Of a DNA stretch of 64,000 nucleotides, positions 15,001 to 28,553 are shown piece after piece. Position numbers and translations under genes: made by a program. Under the pieces are notes generated by a model, which was not told where the DNA came from, did no database searches, and saw nothing but the letters and a program-made list of their open reading frames with translations. This DNA comes from Squalus acanthias (lineage: Eukaryota), in the NCBI GenBank assembly GCA_030390025.1, contig JASTWF010000187.1, forward strand, positions 744,001 to 808,000. The letters are read 5' to 3'. The first letter of the stretch is position 1. Every line of letters begins with the position of its first letter.

Positions 15001-18000
15001 CACTGTGTCCTGATATACTGTGTCCTGATACACTGTGTCCTGATATACTGTGTCCTGATACACTGTGTCCTGATACACTGTGTCTGATACACTGTGTCCT
15101 GATACACTGTGTCCTGATATACTGTGTCCCTGATACACTGTGTCCTGATACACTGTGTCCTGATATACTGTGTCCTGATACACTGTGTCCTGATATACTG
15201 TGTCCTGATACACTGTGTCCTGATATACTGTGTTCCTGATACACTGTGTACTCATTTACCGTGTCCCTGATTCACTGTGTCCTGATAAACTGTGTCCTGA
15301 TATACCGTGTCCCTGATACACTGTGTCCTGATATACTGTGTCCTGATATACTGTGTCCTGATACACTGTATCCAGATATACTGTGTCCTGATATACTGTG
15401 TCCTGATACACTGTGTCCTGATATACTGTGTCCTGATACACTGTGTCCTGATATACTGTGCCCTGATACACTGTGTCCTGATACACTGTGTCCCTGATAT
15501 ACTGTGTCCTGATATACTGTGTCCTGATATACTGTGTCCCTGATACACTGTGTCCTGATACACTGTGTCCTGATATACTGTGTCCTGATATACTGTGTCC
15601 TGATACACTGTGTTCCTGATACACTGTGTTCTGATATACTGTGTCCCTGATACACTGTGTCCTGATACACTGTGTCCTGATACACTGTGTCCTGATACAC
15701 TGGGTCCTGATATAGTGTGTCCCTGATACACTGTGTCCTGATATACTGTGTCCTGATACACTGTGTTCCTGATACACTGTGTCCTGATATACTGTGTCCT
15801 GATACACTGTGTCCTGATACACTGTGTCCTGATACACTGTGTCCTGATACACTGTGTCCTGATATACTGTGTCCTGATACACTGTGTCCTGATATACTGT
15901 GTCCTGATATACTGTGTTCCTGATACACTGTGTAATGATATACCGTGTCCTGATACAATGTGTCCTGATATACTGTGTCCTGATATATTGTGTCCTGATA
16001 CACTGTGTCCTGATATACTGTGTCCTGATACACTGTGTCCTGATATACTGTGTTCCTGATACACTGTGTACTGATATACCGTGTCCCTGATTCACTGTGT
16101 CCTGATACACTGTGTCCTGATATACTGTGTCCTGTTACACTGTGTCCTGATATACTGTGTTGGAAGGACTGTGTCCTGATACACTGTGTCCTGATATAGC
16201 GTGTCCCTGATACACTCTCTCCTGATACACTGTGTCGCTGATACACTGTGTCCTGATATACTGTGTCCTGATATACTGTGTTCCTGATACACTGTGGCCT
16301 GATATACTATGTCCCTTGTACACTGTGTCCTGATATACTGTGTCCTGATACACTGTGTCCCTGATACACTGTGGCCTGATATACTATGTCCAGATACACT
16401 GTGTCCTGATATACTGTGTCCTGATACACAGTGTCCTGATATACTGTGTTCTGATACACTGTGTCCTGATACACTGTGCACTGATATACCGTGTCCCTGA
16501 TTCACTGTGTCCTGATACACTGTGTCCTGATATACTGTGTCCTGATACACTGTGTCCTGATACACTGTGTCCTGATATACTGTGTCCTGATATACTGTGT
16601 CCTGATACACTGTATCCAGATATACTGTGTCCTGATACACTGTGTCCTGATACACTGGGTCCTGATATAGTGTGTCCCTGATACACTGTGTCCTGATATA
16701 CTGTATCCTGATACACTGTGTTCCTGATACACTGTGTCCTGATATACTGTATCCTGATACACTGTGTTCCTGATACACTGTGTCCTGATATACTGTGTCG
16801 CTGGTACACTGTGTCCTGGTACACTGTGTCCTGATACACTGTGTCCTGATACACTGTGTCCCTGATACACTGTGTCCTGATATACTGTGTCCTGATAAAC
16901 TGTGTCCTGATATACAGTGTTCCTGATACACTGTGTAGTGATATACCATGTCCTGATACATTGTGTCCTGATATACTGTGTCCTGATATACTTTGTCCTG
17001 ATAAACTGTGTCCTGATATAATGTGTACCTGATACACTGTGTACTGATATACCGTGTCCCTGATATACTGTGGCCTGATACACTGTGTCCAGTTATACTG
17101 TGTCCTGATGTACTGTGTCCTGATACACTGTGTCCTGATATACTGTGTCCTGATACATTGTGTCCTGATATACTGTGCCCTGATACACTGTGTCCTGATA
17201 CACTGTGTCCCTGATATACTGTGTCCTGATATACTGTGTCCTGATATACTGTGTCCCTGATACACTGTGTCCTGATACACTGTGTCCTGATATACTGTGT
17301 CCTGATATACTGTGTCCTGATACACTGTGTCTGATATACTGTGTCCCTGATACACTGTGTCCTGATACACTGTGTCCTGATATACTGTGTCCTGATACAC
17401 TGTGTCCTGATATACTGTGTTCCTGATACACTGTGTCCTGATATACCGTGTCCTGATACACTGTGTCCTGATATACTGTGTCCTGATATATTGTGTCCTG
17501 ATACACTGTGTCCTGATATACTGTGTCCTGATACACTGTGTCCTGATATACTGTGTTCCTGATACACTGTGTACTGATATACCGTGTCCCTGATTCACTG
17601 TGTCCTGATACACTGTGTCCTGATATACTGTGTCCTGTTACACTGTGTCCTGATATACTGTGTTGAAGGACTGTGTCCTGATACACTGTGTCCTGATATA
17701 CGTGTCCCTGATACACTGTGTCCTGATACACTGTGTCCTGATACACTGTGTCCTGATATACTGTGTCCTGATATACTGTGTCCTGATACACTGTGTCCTG
17801 ATATACTGTGTCCCTGATACACTGTGTCCTGATATACTGTGTCCTGATACACTGTGTCCTGATACACTGTGTCCTGATATACTGTGTCCTGATACACTGT
17901 GTCCTGATATACTGTGTCCTGATACACTGTGTCCTGATATACTGTGTCCTGATACACTGTGTCCTGATACACTGTGTCCTGATATACTGTGTCCCTGATA

Positions 18001-21000
18001 CACTGTGTCCTGATACACTGTGTCCTGATATACTGTGTCCTGATACACTGTGTCCTGATATACTGTGTCCTGATACACTGTGTCCTGATATACTGTGTCC
18101 TGATACACTGTGTCCTGATATACTGTGTCCTGATACACTGTGTCCTGATAAACTGTGTCCTGATATACTGTGTCCCTGATACACTGTGTCCTGATATACT
18201 GTGTCCTGATATACTGTGTCCTGATACACTGTGTCCAGATATACTGTGTCCTGATATACTGTGTCCTGATACACTGTGTCCTGATATACTGTGTCCTGAT
18301 ACACTGTGTCCTGATATACTGTGCCCTGATACACTGTGTCCTGATACACTGTGTCCCTGATATACTGTGTCCTGATATACTGTGTCCTGATATACTGTGT
18401 CCCTGATACACTGTGTCCTGATACACTGTGTCCTGATATACTGTGTCCTGATATACTGTGTCCTGATACACTGTGTTCCTGATACACTGTGTTCCTGATA
18501 TACTGTGTCCCTGATACACTGTGTCCTGATACACTGTGTCCTGATACACTGTGTCCTGATACACTGGGTCCTGATATAGTGTGTCCCTGATACACTGTGT
18601 CCTGATATACTGTATCCTGATACACTGTGTTCCTGATACACTGTGTCCTGATATACTGTGTCCTGATACAATGTGTCCTGATACACTGTGTCCTGATACA
18701 CTGTGTCCTGATACACTGTGTCCTGATACACTGTCCTGATATACTGTGTCCTCGATAAACTGTGTCCTGATATAACTGTGTTCCTGATACACTGGGTCTT
18801 GATATCTGTGGTCATGATTCCACCTGTGTCCTGATTTAACGTGTCCTGATTCACTGTGTCCTGATAAAACTGTGTCCTGATATACGTGTCCCTGATCACG
18901 GTTGTCTGATATACTGTGTCTGATATACTGTGGCCTGATACACTGTGTCCAGATATCTGTGTCCTGATATACTGTGTCTGATACACTGTGTCCTGATATT
19001 ACTGTGTCCTGATACTCTGAGTCCTGATATTACAGTGCCGGTACACCATTACACTTGTGTTCCTGATTAAACTGTTGACCCTCGATATACTGTGTCTATC
19101 TACTGTGTCCTGATTTACTGTGTCCCTGATTCACTGTGTCCTGATACACTGTGTCTGATATACTGTGTCCTGATTATTAACGTGTCATGATAAACTGTGT
19201 TCCTGATACACTGTGTTCTGATATACTGTGTTCCCTGATACACTGTGTCCTGATTACTGTGTCCTGATACATGTAGTCCTGATACACTGTGTCCTGATAT
19301 ACTGTGTCCTGATACACTGTGTCCCTGATATACTGTGTCCTGATACACAGTGTCCTGATATACTGTGTTCTGATACACTGTGTCCTGATACACTGTGCAC
19401 TGATATACCGTGTCCCTGATTCACTGTGTCCTGATACACTGTGTCCTGATATACTGTGTCCTGATACACTGTGTCCTGATACACTGTGTCCTGATATACT
19501 GTGTCCTGATATACTGTGTCCTGATACACTGTGTCCTGATATACTGTGTCCTGATATACTGTGTCCTGATACACTGTGTCCTGATATACTGTGTCCTGAT
19601 ATACTGTGCCCTGATACACTGTGTCCTGATACACTGTGTCCTGATATACTGTGTCCTGATATACTGTGTCCTGATATACTGTGTCCCTGATACACTGTGT
19701 CCTGATACACTGTGTCCTGATATACTGTGTCCTGATATACTGTGTCCGTGATACACTGTGTTCCTGATACACTGTGTTCTGATATACTGTGTCCCTGATA
19801 CACTGTGTCCTGATACACTGTGTCCTGATACACTGTGTCCTGATACACTGTGTCCTGATATACTGTGTCCCTGATACACTGTGTCCTGATATACTGTGTC
19901 CTGATACACTGTGTTCCTGATACACTGTGTCCTGATATACTGTGTCCTGATACACTGTGTCCTGATACACTGTGTCCTGATACACTGTGTCCTGATACAC
20001 TGTGTCCCTGATACACTGTGTCCTGATATACTGTGTCCTGATAACTGTGTCCTGATATACTGTGTCCTGATACACTGTGTCCTGATATACTGTGTCCTGA
20101 TACACTGTGTCCTGATATACTGTGTCCTGATATACTTGTCCTGATACACTGTGTCCTGATATACTGTGTCCTGATACACTGTGTCCTGATATACTGTGTC
20201 CCTGATATACTGTGTCCTGATACACTGTGTCCAGATATACTGTGTCCTGATATACTGTGTCCTGATACACTGTGTCCTGATATACTGTGTCCTGATACAC
20301 TGTGTCCTGATATACTGTGCCCTGATACACTGTGTCCTGATACACTGTGTCCCTGATATACTGTGTCCTGATATACTGTGTCCTGATATACTGTGTCCCT
20401 GATACACTGTGTCCTGATACACTGTGTCCTGATATACTGTGTCCTGATATACTGTGTCCTGATACACTGTGTTCCTGATACACTGTGTTCTGATATACTG
20501 TGTCCCTGATACACTGTGTCCTGATACACTGTGTCCTGATACACTGTGTCCTGATACACTGGGTCCTGATATAGTGTGTCCCTGATACACTGTGTCCTGA
20601 TATACTGTGTCCTGATACACTGTGTTCCTGATACACTGTGTCCTGATATACTGTGTCGCTGGTACACTGTGTCCTGGTACACTGTGTCCTGATACACTGT
20701 GTCCTGATACACTGTGTCCCTGATACACTGTGTCCTGATATACTGTGTCCTGATAAACTGTGTCCTGATATACAGTGTTCCTGATACACTGTTTACTGAT
20801 ATACCGTGTCGTGATACATTGTGTCCTGATATACTGTGTCCTGATATACTTTGTCCTGATACACTGTGTCCTGATATATTGTGCCCTGATACACTGTGTC
20901 CTGATATACTGTGTTCCTGATACACTGTGTACTGATATACCGTGTCCCTGATTCACTGTGTCCTGATACACTGTGTCCTGATATACTGTGTCCTGTTACA

Positions 21001-24000
21001 TTGTGTCCTGATATACTGTGTTAGAAGCACTGTGTCCTGATACACTGTGTCCTGATATAGTGTGTCCCTGATAAACTCTCTCCTGATACACTGTGTCGAT
21101 GATACACTGTGTCCTGATATACTGTGTCCTGATATACTGTGTTCCTGATACACTGTGGCCTGATATACTATGTCCCTGGTACACTGTGTCCTGATACACT
21201 GTGTCCTGATATACTGTGTCCTGATACACTGTGTCCTGATATACTGTGCCCTGATACACTGTGTCCTGATACACTGTGTCCCTGATATACTGTGTCCTGA
21301 TATACTGTGTCCTGATATACTGTGTCCCTGATACACTGTATCCTGATACACTGTGTCCTGATATACTGTGTCCTGATATACTGTGTCCCTGATACACTGT
21401 GTCCTGATACACTGTGTCCTGATACACTGTGTCCTGATACAGTGGGTCCTGGTATAGTGGGTCCTGATATAGTGTGTCCCTGATACACTGTGTCTGATAT
21501 ACTGTGTCCCTGATACACTGTGTCCTGATACACTGTGTCCTGATACACTGTGTCCTGATACAGTGGGTCCTGATATAGTGTGTCCCTGATACACTGTGTC
21601 CTGATATACTGTGTCCTGATACACCGTGTTCCTGATAAACTGTGTCCTGATATACTGTGTCGCTGGTACACTGTGTCCTGGTACACTGTGTCCTGATACA
21701 CTGTGTCCTGATACACTGTGTCCCTGATACACTGTGTCCTGATATAATGTGTCCTGATACACTTTGTCCTGATATACTGTGTTCCTGATACACTGTGTAA
21801 TGATATACCGTGTCCTGATACAATGTGTCCTGATATACTGTGTCCTGATATTTTGTGTCCTGATACACTGTGCCCTGATATACTGTGTCCTGATACACTG
21901 TGTCCTGATATACTGTGTTCCTGATACACTGTGTACTGATATACCGTGTCCCTGATTCACTCTGTCCTGATACACTGTGTCCTGATATACTGTGTCCTGT
22001 TACACTGTGTCCTGATATACTGTGTTGGAAGGACTGTGTCCTGATACACTGTGTCCTGATATAGCTTGTCCCTGATACACTCTCTCCTGATACACTGTGT
22101 CGCTGATACACTGTGTCCTGATATACTGTGTCCTGATATACTGTGTTCCTGATACACTGTGGCCTGATATACTATGTCCCTTGTACACTGTGTCCTGATA
22201 TACTGTGTCCTGATACACTGTGTCCCTGATACACTGTGGCCTGATATACTATGTCCAGATACACTGTGTCCCTGATATACTGTGTCCTGATACACAGTGT
22301 CCTGATATACTGTGTTCTGATACACTGTGTCCTGATACACTGTGCACTGATATACCGTGTCCCTGATTCACTGTGTCATGTTAAACTGTGTCCTGATATA
22401 CCGTGTCCCTGATACACTGTGTCCTGATATACTGTGTCCTGATATACTGTGTCCTGATACACTGTATCCAGATATACTGTGTCCTGATATACTGTGTCCT
22501 GATACACTGTGTCCTGATATACTGTGTCCTGATTCACTGTGTACTGATATACAGTGCCCTGATGCACTGTGTCCTGATACACTGTGTCCCTGATATACTG
22601 TGTCCTGATATACTGTGTCCTGATATACTGTGTCCCTGATACACAGTGTCCTGATACACTGTGTCCTGATATACTGTGTCCTGACATACTGTGTCCTGAT
22701 ACACTGTGTTCCTGATACACTGTGTTCTGATATACTGTGTCCCTGATACACTGTGTCCTGATACACTGTGTCCTGATACACTGTGTCCTGATACACTGGG
22801 TCCTGATATAGTGTGTCCCTGATACACTGTGTCCTGATATACTGTATCCTGATACACTGTGTTCCTGATGCACTGTGTCCTGATATACTGTGTCGCTGGT
22901 ACACTGTGTCCTGGTACACTGTGTCCTGATAAACTGTGTCCTGATAAACTGTGTCCTGATATAGTGTTTCCCTGATACACTGTGTCCTGATTAACTGTGT
23001 CCTGATACAATGTGTCCTGATATACTGTGTCCTGATATACTGTGTCCTGATACACTGTGTTCCTGATACACTGTGTCCTGATAAACTGTGTCCTGATAAA
23101 CTGTGTCCTGATAAACTGTATCCTGATACACTGTTTCCTGATATACTGTGTCCTGATACACTGTGCCCTGATACACTGTGCCCTGATACACTGTGTCCCT
23201 GATATGCTGTGTCCTGATAAACTGTGTCCTGATAAACTGTGTCCTGATATAGTGTTTCCCTGATACACTGTGTCCTGATATACTGTGTCCTGATACATTG
23301 TGTTCCTGATACACTGTGTCCTGATATACTGTGTCCTGATACACTGTGTCCTGATATACTGTGTCCTGATACACTGTGTTCCTGATACACTGTGTCCTGA
23401 TACATTGTGTCCTGATAAACTGTGTCCCTGGTACACGGTGTCCTGATACACTGTGTCCTGATACACTGTGTCCTGATACACTGTGTCCCTGATACACTGT
23501 GTCCTGATATACTGTGTCCTGTTACACTGTGTCCTGATATACTGTGTTCCTGATAAACTGTGTACTGATATACTGTGTACTGATATACCGTGTCCCTGAT
23601 ACACTGTTTCCTGATAAACTGTGTCCTGATACACTGTGTCCTGATACAGTGGGTCCTGGTATAGTGGGTCCTGATATAGTGTGTCCCTGATACACTGTGT
23701 CCTGATATACTGTGTCCCTGATACACTGTGTCCTGATACACTGTGTCCTGATAAACTGTGTCCTGATACAGTGGGTCCTGATATAGTGTGTCCCTGATAC
23801 ACTGTGTCCTGATATACTGTGTCCTGATACACCGTGTTCCTGATAAACTGTGTCCTGATATACTGTGTCGCTGGTACACTGTGTCCTGGTACACTGTGTC
23901 CTGATACACTGTGTCCTGATACACTGTGTCCCTGATACACTGTGTCCTGATATAATGTGTCCTGATACACTTTGTCCTGATATACTGTGTTCCTGATACA

Positions 24001-27000
24001 CTGTGTAATGATATACCGTGTCCTGATACAATGTGTCCTGATATACTGTGTCCTGATATATTGTGTCCTGATACACTGTGCCCTGATATACTGTGTCCTG
24101 ATACACTGTGTCCTGATATACTGTGTTCCGGATACACTGTGTACTGATATACCGTGTCCCTGATTCACTGTGTCCTGATACACTGTGTCCTGATATACTG
24201 TGTCCTGTTACACTGTTTCCTGATATACTGTGTTGGAAGGACTGTGTCCTGATACACTGTGTCCTGATATAGCGTGTCCCTGATACACTCTCTCCTGATA
24301 CACTGTGTCGCTGATACACTGTGTCCTGATATACTGTGTCCTGATATACTGTGTTCCTGATACACTGTGGCCTGTTATACTATGTCCCTTGTAAACTGTG
24401 TCCTGATATACTGTGTCCTGATACACTGTGTCCCTGATACACTGTGGCCTGATATACTATGTCCAGATACACTGTGTCCCTGATATACTGTGTCCTGATA
24501 CACAGTGTCCTGATATACTGTGTTCTGATACACTGTGTCCTGATACACTGTGCACTGATATACCGTGTCCCTGATTCACTGTGTCATGATAAACTGTGTC
24601 CTGATATACCGTGTCCCTGATACACTGTGTCCTGATATACTGTGTCCTGATATACTGTGTCCTGATACACTGTATCCAGATATACTGTGTCTTGATATAC
24701 TGTGTCCTGATACACTGTGTCCTGATATACTCTGTCCTGATACACTGTGTCCTGATATACAGTGCCCTGATACACTGTGTCCTGATACACTGTGTCCCTG
24801 ATATACTGTGTCCTGATATACTGTGTCCTGATATACTGTGTCCCTGATACACAGTGTCCTGATACACTGTGTCCTGATATACTGTGTCCTGATATACTGT
24901 GTCCTGATACACTGTGTTCCTGATACACTGTGTTCTGATATACTGTGTCCCTGATACACTGTGTCCTGATACACTGTGTCCTGATACACTGTGTCCTGAT
25001 ACACTGGGTCCTGATATAGTGTGTCCCTGATACACTGTGTCCTGATATACTGTATCCTGATACACTGTGTTCCTGATACACTGTGTCCTGATATGCTGTG
25101 TCGCTGGTACACTGTGTCCTGGTACACTGTGTCCTGATAAACTGTGTCCTGATAAACTGTGTCCTGATATAGTGTTTCCCTGATACACTGTGTCCTGATT
25201 GACTGTGTCCTGATACAATGTGTCCTGATATACTGTGTCCTGATATACTGTATCCTGATACACTGTGTTCCTGATACACTGTGTCCTGATAAACTGTGTC
25301 CTGATACACTGTGTCCTGATAAACTGTATCCTGATACACTGTTTCCTGATATACTGTGTCCTGATACACTGTGCCCTGATACACTGTGCCCTGATACACT
25401 GTGTCCCTGATATACTGTGTCCTGATAAACTGTGTCCTGATAAACTGTGTCCTGATATAGTGTTTCCCTGATACACTGTGTCCTGATATACTGTGTCCTG
25501 ATACATTGTGTTCCTGATACACTGTGTCCTGATATACTGTGTCCTGATACACTGTGTCCTGATATACTGTGTCCTGATACACTGTGTTCCTGATACACTG
25601 TGTCCTGATACATTGTGTCCTGATAAACTGTGTCCCTGGTACACTGTGTCCTGATACACTGTGTCCTGATACACTGTGTCCTGATACACTGTGTCCCTGA
25701 TACACTGTGTCCTGATATACTGTGTCCTGATACACTGTGTCCTGATATACTGTGTTCCTGATAAACTGTGTACTGATATACTGTGTACTGATATACCGTG
25801 TCCCTGATTCACTGTGTCCTGATAAACTGTGTCCTGATATACCGTGTCCCTGATACACTGTGTCCTGATATACTGTGTCCTGATACACTGTGGCCTGATA
25901 CACTGTGTCCAGATATACTGTGTCGTGATATACTGTGTCCTGATACACTGTGTCCTGATATACTGTGTCCTGATACACTGTGTCCTGATTTACTGTGCCC
26001 TGATACACTGTGTCCTGATACACTGTGTCCTGATATACTGTGTCCTGATATACTGTGTCCTGATACACTGTGTTCCTGATACACTGTGTTCTGATATACT
26101 GTGTCCCTGATACACTGTGTCCTGATACACTGTGTCCTGATACACTTTGTCCTGATACACTGGGTCCTGATATAGTGTGTCCCTGATACACTGTGTCCTG
26201 ATATACTGTGTCCTGCTACACTGTGTTCCTGATACACTGTGTCCTTATATACTGTGTCGCTGGTACACTGTGTCCTGGTACACTGTGTCCTGATACACTT
26301 TGTCCTGATACACTGTGTCCCTGATACACTGTGTCCTGATATACTGTGTCCTGATACACTGTGTCCTGACATACTGTGTTCCTGATACACTGTGTACTGA
26401 TATACCGTGTCCTGATACATTGTGTCCTGATATACTGTGTCCTGATATACTGTGTCCTGATAGACTGTGTCCTGATATACTGTGTCCTGATACACTGTGT
26501 CCTGATATACTGTGTTCCTGATACACTGTGTACTGATATACCGCGTCCCTGATTCACTGTGTCCTGATACACTGTGTCCTGATATACTGTGTCCTGTTAC
26601 ACTGTGTCCTGATATACTGTGTTAGAAGGACTGTGTCCTGATACACTGTGTCCTGATATAGTGTGTCCCTGATACACTCTCTCCTGATACACTGTGTCGC
26701 TGATACACTGTGTCCTGATACACTGTGTCCTGATATACTGTGTTCCTGATACACTGTGGCCTGATATACTATGTCCCTGGTACACTGTGTCCTGATATAC
26801 TGTGTCCTGATACACTGTTTCCCTGATACACTGTGGGCTGATATACTATGTCCCTGGTACACTGTGTCCTGATATACTGTGTCCTGATACACTGTGTCCC
26901 TGATACACTGTGTCCTGATATACTGTGTCCCTGATATACTGTGTCCCTGTTATACTGTGTCCCTGATATATTGTGTCCCTGATATACTGTGTCCCTGATA

Positions 27001-27270
27001 TACTGTGTCCCTGATACACTGTTTCCCTGATACACTGTGTCCCTGATATACAGTGTCCTGATACACTTTGTCCCTGATACACTTTGTCCCTGATAGACTT
27101 TGTCCCTGATACACTGTGTCCTGATATACTGTGTCCCTGATACACTGTGTCCTGATCCACTGTGTCTTGATACATTGTGTCCTGATACACTGTGTCCCTG
27201 ATACCCTGTGTCCTGATATACTGTGTCCCTGATACACTGTGTCCTGATAAACTGTATCCCTGATACCAGT
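1..27270. repeat. 15-bp satellite array (consensus CTGATAYACTGTGTC, frequent 16-bp variants), ~1,750-1,800 monomers, extends beyond the left edge
   Basis: Continuous tandem periodicity; recurring variant landmarks such as GTTGGAAGGACTG; array ends at ...ctgtatccctgataccagtgtagg near 27270. Confidence 0.99.
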
Positions 27271-27837
27271 GTAGGTCACACAGTCGGTCGTTATTGATGT
27301 TCGCTGCAATGATTTGGATGCCGGGATTTGCTGATCGCATTGTCGGTTCTCATTCACCAGCTTCTCTCTTAAAAAGCTGATCTGAAGCGGGCGGGCCTCA
27401 CATTCTTATGTATCTCTGTCAACTCACTCCTTAATTATCAGCCAAGCGGACTTCTTCTGCAGCTAATTTTATAAATAACTGCCTTAGGGTCACAGACTAT
27501 GCAATGCAATTTGAGAAACTTGTATAATGTGAGGTGTTTGCACTCATCTCCAGACCCAAATCGTGCAGCTATAGTCATCCACATTGTAAATGCAATCACA
27601 TTACCCATCTCCCGCATTCAGTTACATAGACCTAAAGCAATTCATATTACAAGGGATACTTTATTGGTGCAGAGTGAAGGAATAGGTACCGGGAGATGGA
27701 GTAACACACACTGGCATTCTCTTTGACCTTGATAATGTAATTCAATCTTACAGATTCACTCCTCCTGTAAATAGTGAGGAAATTAAGGGATTAATTTACA
27801 GTCCTGATATGAGTCCCTTCTGTTGGTGATGTGGAGG

Positions 27838-27925
27838 GTGTGACGTGGCTCCAGTAGCCGCCTCTATCAGGGAATCAATAGGCGGCGCCTGTAACATCGC
27901 CCCCATCTGCCGGGTATTTAACTGC
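27838..27925 (+). promoter_or_regulatory. Putative VH promoter: CRE/ATF-like TGACGT (27841), E-box CATCTG (27904), TATA-like TATTTAA (27915)
   Basis: Motifs lie about 100-175 bp upstream of the leader ATG. I saw no exact octamer (ATGCAAAT), consistent with octamer-less elasmobranch VH promoters. Confidence 0.5.
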
Positions 27926-28013
27926 CGGTCACTGGGACCGCACTACAACAGTCCGGGAGCGGGTTTGCTCAGTGAGTTCTTGCCAGAACAATTTACCACA
28001 CATTGCCAGAAGG

Positions 28014-28059
28014 ATGAGGTCGGCGATTTCTCTCGGTCTGTTGCTGGCTTTCTTATCTG
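28014..28059 (+). CDS. IgH leader exon (MRSAISLGLLLAFLS-G)
   Basis: ATG at 28014, hydrophobic signal peptide, phase-1 donor G|GTGAGT, 128-bp intron to the V exon. Confidence 0.93.
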
Positions 28060-28187
28060 GTGAGTAGTTTTTATTGTCCTGGTCTCTCACTGTTACTGTC
28101 TCAGTGTTAGTCTCTCTCTGGAATGTTACAGAGTCAGGAATCATTTCACCAGGGTTAATCCTCGGGGTTTTTGATTTTTTTTTACAG

Positions 28188-28553
28188 GTATCCAGTCAGA
28201 TGTCGTGTTGACTCAGCCAAAGGCAGAGACCGGGCATCCCGGAGGCTCCCTGAGACTGACCTGTAAAACCAGCGGGTTCGATCTTGACAGATACTACATG
28301 CATTGGGTCCGATAGGTTCCCGAACAGGGGCTGGAGTGGCTGGTTAGCTATCGCAGTACATCGAACAACGTCTATGCCCCAGCGATTTTGAGCCGATTTA
28401 CTGCATCCAAATACATTTCAGACAGAATCTTCGCGTTGAACATGAAGACCCTGAGGACCGAAGACACCGCCATCTATTACTGTGCAAGAGAAACTATGCG
28501 GCACAGGGTCATGGGCCACTGGGGAGAAGGGACCATGGTGACGGTGGCTGCAG
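28188..28553 (+). pseudogene. IGHV: Pre-joined VH-D-JH exon: (G)[51 protein letters not shown]...[31 protein letters not shown]
   Basis: Acceptor tttacag|; both Ig Cys, FR2 Trp, YYC and J motif WGxG in one frame (366 nt); donor G|GTAAGA; in-frame TAG at 28313-28315; no heptamer-spacer-nonamer between V and J. Confidence 0.96.

Noticed and set aside
1-27270. CRISPR array or array of complete RSSs
   Set aside because: No unique spacers and a vertebrate context. No nonamer at 12 or 22/23 bp from the heptamers; the best match seen was ACACAGTGT, 4/9.
1-27357. Dozens of long ORFs (QDTVY / SGHSI / IRTQC / CPDTL repeats) as a repetitive protein gene
   Set aside because: The monomer lacks stops in all three minus frames and two plus frames. 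16-bp variants shift frames freely, so there is no frame conservation and no unique domain.
27499-27600. Ig octamer promoter element
   Set aside because: Only mismatched versions (ATGCAATT, ATGCAATC), lying 400-500 bp upstream of the ATG.
28502-28508. CACAGGG in CDR3 as a residual RSS heptamer
   Set aside because: No nonamer at 12 or 23 bp; it lies in frame within a completed V-to-J join.
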